A DNA stretch of 64,000 bases from Nemertoderma westbladi (Eukaryota; Animalia; Xenacoelomorpha). The notes under the pieces were generated by a model that saw only the letters and a list, made by a program, of their open reading frames with translations, had not been told where the DNA came from and did no database searches. The DNA is taken from the NCBI GenBank assembly GCA_032718475.1, contig JAUCBJ010005607.1, positions 17,883-81,882 of the forward strand, in the 5' to 3' direction. Of this stretch, positions 1-12,320 are shown piece after piece. Made by a program: the position numbers and the translations under genes. Numbering within the stretch: the first letter of the stretch is position 1; every line of letters starts with the position of its first letter.

Positions 1-349
1 GACACTAATTTTTGGATGAAAATTCAAACATTCGTTAAACAGTGCCGATGAGAGTTTTTGCAAATTTTGACTACCCACAATGATCAGCAACTCTTTGGCT
101 ACCTATTATTAATTATTATAGGTAGCTCTATTAGGAACCTATTATTAATCCAACCTTTGTAATATCCTAAATCCCAGACGCAGTTTTTTGGTTTGATTGA
201 AGTTGAAATGATGTTTTAACTTTTTGTTGTTAAATAATGAAATAAAGTTTTTATTTGTACATTAATCCTGGTTCTTTTATTTCTACTTTGTTAGTAATCA
301 ATGCGAGTATTCATATTGGCCTTCTCTAAACAACATCTCAGCTTTACGG

Positions 350-1326
350 GGACACAAAATTAAAATAATTTCGTTCACAACTTGTCAAAATATGGCTGGC
401 ATATTTATTCAACCGTACATTGCTTTTTATCACTTATTTCTCGAAAACTTTTTATGTGTTGCGAAATGGTTAAATTATGGTTCACCACAATAATCAGCAA
501 TTTTTGGGGTCCTGATTTTGATGAACAATATACGAGTTGCACCAGACATATCAAACTTGTATTTTTCGATTCTGGGTGCAAAATTCGGTGCCAACACGAA
601 ATTTTGAATACTTCAATTAAATGTGACAACAGATTTCTCTCATTTAACAGGTTTGCATTCTATGGAATAAATTAAAATCTAACGAGACATCTCAAACTTG
701 TATTTTTCAGAAGTGGGTGCAAAATGTAGTGCTACATCGTTTTGAAATCCATCAAATATATTAATTGATTGTGTCATCTTGTTACTGGCGTTATATGGGT
801 TTGTGACGGTTGTGAATTCAATGGAATAAGTAAAAATTACATAAGAGTTTTCAAACTTGTTTTTTCGGCGGTCGGGAAAATTTTATGTTCCAGCAACAGA
901 TTTTGAAAATAAGCAAATTGATCAATCTATAGTATCATATGGTTTCTTGCGTTATCCGGGTTTATGGGGGTATTATATATATATATATATATATGGATTA
1001 AATATATAAAAATAAATAAATAAAAACGGCACTGGACATCAAATACTTGTATTTTTGAGAAGTGGGTTCGAAATTTTATGCTAGCACCGAAATTTGCTAA
1101 AATCGACATGCAATGATCTGGAGCTGGAATGTATTCCAAAAAAAACTAAGATTTTTTTTTCTTCGTTGAGATCCAGAATAGTAAAATCTACGTACAAACC
1201 AAAAATCAGACGTTTCCGTTAAAATTTATAAATTTTAGAGGGTGTCAATATGAACCGGAACACCACCCCCCCCCCCCCCCCCACCGCTATTTGTACATTG
1301 CATTTTGTAGCCCGGTACTAATAGGG
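350..1326. mobile_element. Non-autonomous piggyBac-like DNA transposon (MITE), right part; same family as 47869-49427
   Basis: Ends in GCCCGGTACTAATAGGG followed by TTAA (1327-1330), identical to the right end of the copy at 49427. Internal repeats such as 'tcaaacttgtatttttc...gggtgcaaaat' are shared with that copy. Left boundary is approximate. Confidence 0.8.
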
Positions 1327-1439
1327 TTAATCCTAAAATGGACAGATTTTATCAAGATGTGAAATTTGTATTAACATTGCCATAATACTGTTTATTGTGT
1401 TTGATACCATATTTGAAAATTAATATTATTATCATTTAG

Positions 1440-1573
1440 GGAAATCCATTCGTATCCAATAGACCCAGAAATCAATGGAGCAACGAGTTGTACTATAACT
1501 GTGGATGCCGTGTACATTAACAGTGCTGCAAACGTTGGGGCTGCCAGAATTATATTCTGGGGCCAACATCAAG
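1440..1573 (+). CDS. Host gene exon: C-terminal part of a galactose-binding/discoidin-like beta-sandwich domain
   Basis: Acceptor tttag|G at 1439/1440 and donor CAAG|gtacgt at 1573/1574. Open frame EIHSYPIDPEINGATSCTITVDAVYINSAANVGAARIIFWGQHQ. The phase-1 end joins in frame to exon 13804 (G+AT=Asp). The domain call is inferred from the ITVxxVY...NVGxxxIxFWG pattern. Confidence 0.7.
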
Positions 1574-4500
1574 GTACGTATGGGTGCAGCGTAGATTAAT
1601 AGTGCTGAAAACGTTGGCGCTTCCAGAATTATTTTCTGGGGCCAACATGAAGGTACGTATGGGTGCAGCGTAGATTAATAGTGCTACAAACGTTGTGGCT
1701 TCCAGAATTATATTCTGGGGCCAACATCAAGGTACGTATGGGTGCAGCGTAGATTAATAGTGCTGAAAACGTTGGCGCTTCCAGAATTATTTTCTGTGGC
1801 CAACATGAAGGTACGTATGGGTGCAACGTAGATTAACAGTGCTACAAACGTTGTGGCTTCCAGAATTATATTCTGGGGCCAACATGAAGGTACGTATGGG
1901 TGCAGCGTAGATTAATAGTGCTACAAACGTTGTGGCTTCCAGAATTATATTCTGGGGCCAACATCAAGGTACGTATGGGTGCAGCGTAGATTAATAGTGC
2001 TACAAACGTTGTGGCTTCCAGAATTATATTCTGGGGCCAACATGAAGGTACGTATGGGTGTAGAGTAGATTAATAGTGCTGCAAACGTTGGGGCTTCCAG
2101 AATTATATTCTGGGACCAAAATGAAGGCACGTATGGGTGCAGCGCAAGTTAATAGTGCTGCAAACGTTGGTAATTCCAGAATTATATTCTGGGGCCAACA
2201 TGCAGGTACGTATGGGTGCAGCGTAGATTAATAGTGCTACAAACGTTGTGGCTTCCAGAATTATATTCTGGGGCCAACATGAAGGTACGTATGGGTGTAG
2301 AGTAGATTAATAGTGCTGCAAACGTTGGGGCTTCCAGAATTATATTCTGGGACCAAAATGAAGGCACGTATGGGTGCAGCGCAAGTTAATAGTGCTGCAA
2401 ACGTTGGGAATTCCAGAATTATATTCTGGGGCCAACATGAAGGTACGTATGGGTGTAGAGTAGATTAATAGTGCTGCAAACGTTGGGGCTTCCAGAATTA
2501 TATTCTGGGACCAAAATGAAGGCACGTATGGGTGCAGCGCAAGTTAATAGTGCTGCAAACGTTGGGAATTCCAGAATTATATTCTGGGGCCAACATGAAG
2601 GTACGTATGGGTGTAGAGTAGATTAATAGTGCTGCAAACGTTGGGGCTTCCAGAATTATATTCTGGGACCAAAATGAAGGCACGTATGGGTGCAGCGCAA
2701 GTTAATAGTGCTGCAAACGTTGGGAATTCCAGAATTATATTCTGGGGCCAACATGAAGGTACGTATGGGTGTAGAGTAGATTAATAGTGCTGCAAACGTT
2801 GGGGCTTCCAGAATTATATTCTGGGACCAAAATGAAGGCACGTATGGGTGCAGCGCAAGTTAATAGTGCTGCAAACATTGGGAATTCCAGAATTATATTC
2901 TGGGGCCAACATGAAGGTACGTATGGGTGTAGAGTAGATTAATAGTGCTGCAAACGTTGGGGCTTCCAGAATTATATTCTGGGACCAAAATGAAGGCACG
3001 TATGGGTGCAGAGCAAGTTAATAGTGCTGCAAACGTTGGGAATTCCAGAATTATATTCTGGGGCCAACATGAAGGTACGTATGGGTGTAGAGTAGATTAA
3101 TAGTGCTACAAACGTTGGGGCTTCCAGAATTATATTCTGGGGCCAACATGAAGGTACGTATGGGTGTAGAGTAGATTAATAGTGCTGCAAACGTTGGGGC
3201 TTCCAGAATTATATTCTGTGACCAAAATGAAGGCACGTATGGGTGCAGCGCAAGTTAATAGTGCTGCAAACGTTGGGAATTCCAGAATTATATTCTGGGG
3301 CCAACATGAAGGTACGTATGGGTGCAGCGTAGATTAATAGTGCTGCAAACGTTGTGGCTTCCAGAATTATATTCTGGGGCCAACATGAAGGTACGTATGG
3401 GTGTAGAGTAGATTAATAGTGCTGCAAACGTTGGGGCTTCCAGAATTATATTCTGGGACCAAAATGAAGGCACGTATGGGTGCAGCGCAAGTTAATAGTA
3501 CTGCAAACGTTGGGAATTCCAGAATAATATTCTGGGGCCAACATGAAGGTACGTATGGGTGCAGCGTAGGTTAATAGTGCTACAAACGTTGTGGCTTCCA
3601 GAATTATATTCTGGGGCCAACATGAAGGTACGTATGGGTGTAGAGTAGATTAATAGTGCTGCAAACGTTGGGGCTTCCAGAATTATATTCTGGGACCAAA
3701 ATGAAGGCACGTATGGGTGCAGCGCAAGTTAATAGTGCTGCAAACGTTGGGAATTCCAGAATTATATTCTGGGGCCAACATGAAGGTACGTATGGGTGCA
3801 GCGTAGATTAATAGTGCTACAAACGTTGTGGCTTCCAGAATTATATTCTGGGGCCAACATGAAGGTACGTATGGGTGTAGAGTAGATTAATAGTGCTGCA
3901 AACGTTGGGGCTTCCAGAATTATATTTTGGGACCAAAATGAAGGCACGTATGGGTGCAGCGCAAGTTAATAGCGCTGCAAACGTTGGGAATTCCAGAATT
4001 ATATTCTGGGGCCAACATAAAGGTACGTATGGGTGCAGCGTAGGTTAATAGTGCTACAAACGTTGGGGCTTCCAGAATTATATTTTGGGGCCAACATGAA
4101 GGTACGTATGGGTGCAGCGTAGATTAATAGTGCTACAAACGTTGTGGCTTCCAGAATTATATTCTGGGGCCAACATAAAGGTACGTATGGGTGCAGCGTA
4201 GATTAATAGTGCTACAAACGTTGTGGCTTCCAGAATTATATTTTGGGACCAAAATGAAGGCACGTATGGGTGCAGCGCAAGTTAATAGTGCTGCAAACGT
4301 TGGGAATTCCAGAATTATATTCTGGGGCCAACATGAAGGTACGTATGGGTGCAGCGTAGATTAATAGTGCTACAAACGTTGTGGCTTCCAGAATTATATT
4401 CTGGGGCCAACATAAAGGTACGTATGGGTGCAGCGTAGATTAACAGTGCTACAAACGTTGTGGCTTCCAAAATTATATTCTGGGGCCAACATAAAGGTAC

Positions 4501-5813
4501 GTATGGGTGCAGCGTAGATTAATAGTGCTGAAAACGTTGGCGCTTCCAGAATTATATTCTGGGGCCAACATAAAGGTACGTATGGGTGCAGCGTAGATTA
4601 ATAGTGCTACAAACGTTGTGGCTTCCCGAATTATATTCTGGGGCCAACATAAAGGTACGTATGGGTGCAGCGTAGATTAATAGTGCTACAAACGTTGTGG
4701 CTTCCAGAATTATATTCTGGGGCCAACATAAATGTACGTATGGGTGCAGCGTAGATTAACAGTGCTACAAACGTTGTGGCTTCCAGAATTATATTTTGGG
4801 GCCAACATGAAGGTACGTATGGGTGCAGCGTAGATTAATAGTGCTACAAACGTTGTGGCTTCCAGAATTATATTTTGGGGCCAACATGAAGGTACGTATG
4901 GGTGCAGCGTAGATTAATAGTGCTACAAACGTTGTGGCTTCCAGAATTATATTTTGGGGCCAACATGAAGGTACGTATGGGTGCAGCGTAGATTAATAGT
5001 GCTACAAACGTTGTGGCTTCCAGAATTATATTTTGGGGCCAACATGAAGGTACGTATGGGTGCAGCGTAGATTAATAGTGCTGCAAACGTTGGGGATTCC
5101 TGAAATATATTCTAGGCCAACATCAAGGTACGTATGGGTGCAGCGTAGGTTAATAGTGCTACAAACGTTGGGGCTTCCAGAATTATATTCTGGGGCCAAC
5201 ATGAAGGTACGTATGGGTGCAGCGTAGGTTAATAGTGCTACAAACGTTGTGGCTTCCAGAATTATATTCTGGGGCCAACATGAAGGTACGTATGGGTGCA
5301 GCGTAGATTAATAGTGCTACAAACGTTGTGGCTTCCAGAATTATATTCTAGGGCCAACATGAAGGTACGTATGGGTGCAGCGTAGATTAATAGTGCTGCA
5401 AACGTTGGGGATTCCTGAAATATATTCTAGGGCCAACATGAAGGTACGTATGGGTGTAGAGTAGATTAATAGTGCTGCAAACGTTGGGGCTTCCAGAATT
5501 ATATTCTGGGACCAAAATGAAGGCACGTATGGGTGCAGCGCAAGTTAATTGTGCTGCAAACGTTGGGAATTCCAGAATTATATTATGGGGCCAACATGAA
5601 GGTACGTATGGGTGCAGCGCAGGTTAATAGTGCTGCAAACGTTGGGGATTCTTGAATTATATTCTGGGGCCAACATGAATGTACGTATGGGTGGGTGCAG
5701 CGCAGGTTAATAGTGCTGCAAACGTTGGGGCTTCCAGAATTATATTATGGGGCCAACATGAAGGTGCGTATGGGTGCAGCGTAGATTAATAGCGCTGTAA
5801 AAGTTGGGGCTTC
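1516..5813. repeat. 79-bp tandem satellite, left block (about 54 units)
   Basis: Unit attaatagtgctgcaaacgttggggcttccagaattatattctggggccaacatgaaggtacgtatgggtgcagcgtag. The repeated short ORFs recur at multiples of 79 bp (mostly 158 and 237). Confidence 0.97.
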
Positions 5814-7329
5814 TGTGACGGGAGCCAACGGAGTTGGCAGTATCGGCTCCCGACCGGTGTGTGAATTGTACGCGTCGCCGCGTCCGTGAGCTGCTGAGCT
5901 GTCGATTGGATGTGTACTAGTAGGCTGAAGGCCATTGGAAATAATCTGAGTTCTGTTATCAGTATTAATAATCACAGTAATCGATAATAGCACAGTCTGA
6001 ATATAATAGCATGCAATACAACGGTTAGTGACTTTTAATGCAAGTCAGTCTGCAAGTCAAGCGTAACAATGGCGTAGCATTAAAATATTTCTAGTGCGTC
6101 ATTAAAGAGCGTAGCATTAAAATATTTATAGTGCGCTCTATCTAAGAAAACAAATAAGTTCGAATAATATAATAATGTAATAAATGAATAAATGAGTAAA
6201 GTTATTTAAAGTAAATAAATAAATAACGTAATAAAGTAAATAAATAAATAAAGTTACATTATCTCATTCTACCATTCCATACCTATAATCCAATAAATAA
6301 CTCAATATCATCCCGCTTCTAGTCACTTTCAGATTTATACTTTGACTGAAACACAATATAATGTCAACACAGTGACAGTGTTAATTGGTCAGCTCTTATT
6401 GGTTATCTAACCACACCACCAATATCAAGGCTCATGAAATCAGCTTTCCTACATTGTAACCCATTATCATCTCATATCATCTCTTCATCACGAATGAGTA
6501 TATAAGGCAGCACACAATATTCATTAGTTGGTAGTGCCAGTGATTTGTTGTTATGGGTTTATAGATTATTATATGTTAGTAGATTATTTAGTTAATATCG
6601 ATTTAAGTATAATAAACTATAATTTGATATATATAATATATATGGCCAAATATAATTAGGCCAATATATCATACTGTATAATAACGCTGCTTAATGTATC
6701 ATACCAATGAGCGTTATTAAAACAAATAATACTTTAATATTGCAATATTTTACTAGACATAACTCTATATTCCGATCCACAATAAAGGGCACGAAGCATT
6801 ACCCACAAATAAATTCCTTTAGGCACGGAATTTACTTAGATATGTTTTTACATATTCATATTTCACTAAAGTCAATATCTATTGACAAATGATAATGTTT
6901 TTGCCGGAACAGTGACGACGGTCAAAACTGTTCCGGTCTCACAACTGTAAGGAACCAACTAAACTAATAATCAATAATCACAATGGTTATATCATTGACA
7001 CATGTTAAACTACCCCTAAACTACAGGGTGGCCTTAATATCCAATAGATGCGCTCTAATCACCCCCAATGTGCTTTCCCGCCCACCATTGGCTTAACCTT
7101 AATTCTCACCTCGCCACTCCCTGTTGCCACTGTCCCTGTGTGCTAGCCTTACTAGCTTGTTTGTCCCTCTGAGGTGGTTTGACCTCTGAACGTGGCTTAC
7201 GGCGTATATCACCCCAGTTGGTTATGAGGTGACATTATTATTGCTAATAATGCACCTTGCCAACCATATAGGTAAAATGCCACTAATCCCATTTTCGGTG
7301 GGTAATGTACGGAATTGAATCCGCTTACA
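5814..7329 (-). repeat. 3' LTR of BEL element 1 (interrupted by a solo LTR)
   Basis: TGTGACGGGAGCC...GAATCCGCTTACA; matches 12321-12966 once 6033-6911 is removed. Confidence 0.92.
6033..6911. mobile_element. Probable solo LTR of an unrelated family, inserted in the 3' LTR
   Basis: Absent from the sister LTR. Flanked by a GTGAC duplication (6028-6032, 6912-6916). Ends TTTT...AACA, interpreted as a mutated TGTT...AACA. Internal TATAAG and AATAAA. Confidence 0.65.
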
Positions 7330-7951
7330 CTCCCCCGATGCTATCTTCCCGGTGAGAAGATAGCTTCAACCTTAAGTGCGCTTCAATTCCTCTGGAATCC
7401 AATCTAATATTGGATGTGGGGTGGAAATTTCTTCTCAGGGTCGGCTTTCCAGTCCGGCCCCCATGGGTCTGTTGTCACTACCCATCCTTGGTACATCAGC
7501 GAGCTAAGCTATACTAAGGCATCTGGCATCTCTGTTTTAGATGATCGCCCTCACTCCTCACACAATTTTCCTCACGGACTTAATCGTCCCTTCCTCTCTC
7601 ACTAGTCCCTTGGGACTCATCCCTCTCTATGCTCGCTCCCCACACTTGAATCTCGCACCTCTTTCACTTCCTCATACTCTACCACCTCCTCCCCATACTT
7701 CCCCTCTTCCCCCATACTCAACCCGTTTTCGTTGTCACTCTCCACACTCTTATCGGGTCCCACGCATGTGTGCACCATGTCAGTGAGATCCGTCTAATGT
7801 CTCGTCCTCCTGCTCTAGTCAATTGGTCGCCGATCCCTGTAGCTAGTTGGAAAAGGTTATATTCGATTATAGTACATATATTGATTATATTGGATATTTA
7901 TATTGATTAATTCTACGTATGTACATACTAATTGCACTTAATTAATTAAAC

Positions 7952-10645
7952 TTAGGAGTTTGTACTGCTGCATTCGTGTGGTGCCTTCCAGGCACGCTCA
8001 CACCCCTGTCCCTGAGTTCTAGATTGCTCCTCCCGCACCCTCCGGGAGCCATCTAAGTTCCTTGCCCCTATCATCATCTTGCCAGGGCTGCTTCCTTCCT
8101 TCCTGTTTATCCTTGGGGCTACTCATCCTTGCCGATACCGTCTTACCAAGCCCCATTGTTGGTTCTTTGGGCGCAGGTGTAATCAACTACCGGTATCGCT
8201 TTGCAGGTGATCCCACTGAGTGTCCCTCCTGTCTCCATCTATGGTAGTGTCCCACAAGATCATCTCCATCGTGCGCGGCACGTGTTCCCCCAGAAAGTCC
8301 TTGAATTCGATCCTATTATCTGGTGACCATCTGTCCAGGTATCTTTGTGTGTTTATGACCCCTCCGTACAATGACGCTATCGCTACCTCCTGATACGTGA
8401 ATGGTAGTCTCCTCTTGGTGATCTGCTGGTAGGCTTCTATGGTAATATTAAAGAAGCCCCACCGGAACTCCGGGCCTTCATCCTTTGTCGTGACATGACT
8501 CCGACGTCGGCCCACTCATCGAACATCCGGAACTTCTCTTCATCGTCCATCCAGTCGCACTGGCGCTCAAAGTGCCCTCTAAACTTGCACTTCGAACATC
8601 TGTTGTGCAACCTCGGACATGCACCCATCTGATGAGTAGACTCGCGGCAGTAGAGACACGCTGTCCCCTTCTGGAAACGGTATAGACAGTTCTTATGCTG
8701 ATGGGTTAATCTCCCACAGTAATCGCAACCGTGTACCATTGTGTCCCGCCCCAAGTCGTCTTTGGCTCCGCGTGGCCTCCTGGGTCTGTGGAGCCGCTGG
8801 GAGGCAAACATCTGGACGCTGTCCTCCCTACCCATGTCGATGTCCTCCTCCACCCTCGGCATTGTTTCTCCAAACACTACCCGTGGTGCCATCCCCGGTT
8901 GCTCGCCCAGCCTGATCGTACTCGCCGCAAAGTCAATTGCCGGCTCCCCGTGCTCCCAGGTCCGCTTACCAGGTTTGTCCCAGAAGGCTCTCGCCCTGCT
9001 GGCCAACACCACCCTCCCGTCCACCCAGTCCGCATCTGAGTGGCCGATCCTCGCTATCAGCGGCATCGCCCTGAACTTGTCCTCTTCTTCTTCCCCTGCT
9101 GGGGCCTCAATCCTCTCAATCGGTGGCATCGCCCCGAACTCATCCTCTTCTTCCTCCCCTGCCGGGAGCGGATCCAAACCCGGTAGCCAGGTTGATCCAC
9201 TGTGTCCCTTTACAACCTGGTATCCGCCCATAGCCTTCCACCCTTCTAACTCCCTCGGTCTCTTCCTTCCGATGTCCCCCTCAGAGCCAGCTGGCATGGG
9301 CATTCATTGCAACCCCGATGTAGACTGTGTCGGAGTCTCTTCCATCCAACCCAGTTCGTCCCCAAGTCGAAACTCGTCTGAGGTCTCCAATCCCCACCTC
9401 AACTCGTCCAAATCCTGGACTTCGAACTCATACTCCTATCCCCTTATATCCGCTTCTCTGCCTGCTGCCTCCCTTCTCTCTCTCCTGGCAACCTGCTCTA
9501 CTCTCTTCTCCCCGACCCTATCTGCCTCCAGTTTCCTCCATCGTTTGTATGGTGTTTCTACCTCTCTGTCCACTAGGTGTTGGGTATCGTAATATACCGA
9601 CTCGCCCTTCAGCCCCGGATGGTCTACAAGACCACTCTAATGCCACCTTAAAGGCTTTCCTGTGATTCAGAGGTGCTCCTGATAGTAGAAACGCCATCGG
9701 CTCCCTCCCGATAACCTCCGTAATGTATAGGTTTAATAAACCTATCATTATCCAATCCTCCTGTAGGATATATCTCTTCTGATATATATTTATCACTCCC
9801 TTCCGGAACTGATACACTTCCTGCTTTCCTGGTCTCGCTCCCCACTTGAGCGAGTTCGCAAGTTACGCTCCCTATTCTTCCCGGAACTTGTTCCATTCCA
9901 TCGGCTTGTGGCAGACGAGTCCCATCAGTTGGCTCATCGCCACGGCTCCGCAATGTCCCGTGTTTTCCACCAATCCCAATCTCATCATAACAGTCTCGTC
10001 ATAACCATGTAGACTACCTGCATGTCCAGGAGATTGGAGGTGTCCGGTCCAATAATCCTATCCGCATCGTCGCGTATTGCCGATCCCACCTTGATCGTAG
10101 TTTTATGTCTCACTAGCTCCTGCACTGCCCTCGGCAACCGGTTCAGCTTCGGCCTGCTTTTCTTTCCATAGGTCCCTAGGTCGAATAGAAAAATATCTCC
10201 GTTCAGCACTGCCAAGTGCAGCAATATAGTTCTAGCCGATCCTCCCGATCCTTCTCGAGCCCTCATCATCCTCCACAGTCCCTTCGTCGCCTAGGACCAT
10301 GTATCCGCCTCTCTCCACGGAATCTACAAATCTCCTCCACTCCTTCCTCGGTGGTTCCCTCAGATACTTAGGTATCCCAAACTTTGCCTAGTCTCCCTTT
10401 ACAACATAGCGAAGGCGAAGATGCTCATGGATCGTGTTGTCCAACGATGGCGTCCCGTAGGTCCCCACCAGTCATCTCTCGTGCATCTCCCTAAACTGAT
10501 CCTGTAGTGTGTGCGCTTTGTGACCCTTTGGGAGTAGTTTGTAGTATCCCTCCATCTTGTTCTCCGGAAGCCTCTGCGTGAAGTCCACTAACAACTACTT
10601 CCCAGTCTTCTCCGATTTCCTCTTCTTCACTAGTTTATCCGCCAT
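7952..10645 (-). pseudogene. Extra ORF of BEL element: DEDDy (WRN/EXD-like) 3'-5' exonuclease plus triple CCHC zinc-knuckle protein, with stops and frameshifts
   Basis: ATG at 10645. Fragments YMVLGDEG, ILLHLAVLNGDIFLFDL...LPRAVQELVRHKTTIKVGSAIRDDADRI...NLLDMQ (9985-10269) and QKRYILQED (9518-9817). Knuckles CDYCGRLTHQHKNC, CLYCRESTHQMGAC, CSKCKFRGHFERQC (8437-9303). Confidence 0.75.
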
Positions 10646-11114
10646 CACGAGTCGACACACTCTCATAAAGGCTCAGTTTAAGTAAGAGGGTTGTCAAACA
10701 GAATGTTACTTGTTCCGATCAGTGACGGCCTACCTCCTACACTATGTTTTTCGGTATATTTTAAACAAATATACCCCCTACATGCCAATTTTCCCTAAAT
10801 TTGCAATTTTGTCAGTTGCTTTTATTAATGATTCCAGAATTTTTTCCCCCCAGTTGCCATAATTTGTTCATTTTTCAATTTTTACTACTATTTATATTCC
10901 CCCCCCCCCCCTACGTGTGCTGTCATTATCTGCTATCTGGTTACTTACTTAAGTAACCCCTCTAGTTGTATACAGAGAAGAGTAGCTACAGTTTTCTCAT
11001 TACCGTACTAGCTTCCTACCTGACAGCTTCCTGGCTCTGTAACAATACCCTAAGTCTGTACTACGGGCTGTGCGCTACAGTAGTCTAGTTCGTGCAGCCT
11101 ACACGGTCTACACA

Positions 11115-11402
11115 GCCCTCACGTGGCGCCCTCAGTGCCCACAAGTTTACAGTACTGTGTACCCCTCTACTACGGTATGCATAAATACCCCCCTCAATTC
11201 CTCACATGGCGCCCTCAGTGCCCTCAAGTTTACAGTACTGTGTACCCCTCGATTACGGTATACATACATACCCCCCCACAATTCCTCACGTGGCACCCTC
11301 AGTGCCCACAAGTTTAAGGTACTGTGTACCCTTCTACTACGGTATGCATTCATAACCCCCCCCTCTCAATTCCTCGCGTGGCGCTCTCAGTGCCCACAAG
11401 TT
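11115..11402. repeat. About 84-bp tandem repeat (about 3.5 copies) between pol and the extra ORF
   Basis: Recurring cctcacgtggcgccctcagtgcccacaagtttacagtactgtgtaccc. Confidence 0.8.
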
Positions 11403-11669
11403 GTGCGTATGTAAATTTGGTATGTTGGTACATTATTGTACCCGTCTGATGTACGTTATTATAACTACCTATACTTGTATATTATGTATGTTGGTAGGTC
11501 TGTACCCATCAGACGTACATAATATGTACTATCTACATTCAGCATACCTTGGTACTAACTACTTATTTTATTATTTTATTTATTTTGTTTATTTTTATTT
11601 TTATGTGTGGGATGGGCGTCTCGCCCTCATTCCCACTCCCCTCAGTACAATATATTGGACGACTCAACT

Positions 11670-12320
11670 CTAGGGAGACCCTTCCAATAGGCAACACTTT
11701 CCTACTGCCCAACTGTAGGTCTTCCTATCTTTGGCCCCTATCTTTCCTCGAATCCTCACTTTCACGGATCTAATTCTTCCATCTTCGTCGGGGTAGGTTT
11801 CTACTACCCTAGCTAATCTCCAGTGGTTATTGATAATTGTATCATCCGTGATGATTATCAAGTCACCCTTCTTTAGCTTCCTTTGGCTATTCCTCCATTT
11901 ACTCCTCTTGTGTAGTGTTGGAAGGTACTCTTGTATCCACCTTGTCCAATACTTACTGCCTTAGTGACCTTCCAGCTTTGACGCGAATGTATATCGTCTG
12001 GATCCATGTTTCACATGTCAATTGTTGCTGGTCTGTCCATCAGTAGGTGTGCTGGTGTTAGGACATCCAGTGATTCTGGATGGTCGTTCTCGGGATATAG
12101 TGGTCAGCTGTTAATAATGTTCGTATCACCTTTATCTTGACTGGCCCAAACATGTCCACGCCTCAGTGTGTGAATGGTGGGTCGTGGTGCCTCACCCTGT
12201 TGGCCGGTAATAGCGCCATCTCCTGTACGGCCATATCCTTCTTCGTCCGTCGGCAGGTCTGGCACTGCCCCACTACCGCCTTCACCATCTTTCTGAGTTG
12301 GATTCCTAGATCTTTCTGAC
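11670..12320 (-). pseudogene. BEL integrase remnants (zinc-binding region and C-terminal DUF5641-like region; catalytic core deleted)
   Basis: VKAVVGQCQTCRR...MALLPANRVRHHDPPFTH and WRLARVVETYPDEDGRIRSV...CCLLEGSP align with the end of the 1795-aa ORF. Deletion junction at about 12120. Confidence 0.88.

Noticed and set aside
1516-5813. CRISPR-like array, or a family of 61-aa genes
   Set aside because: Units are contiguous with no unique spacers, there are no cas genes and the context is eukaryotic. The ORFs are by-products of the 79-bp repeat.
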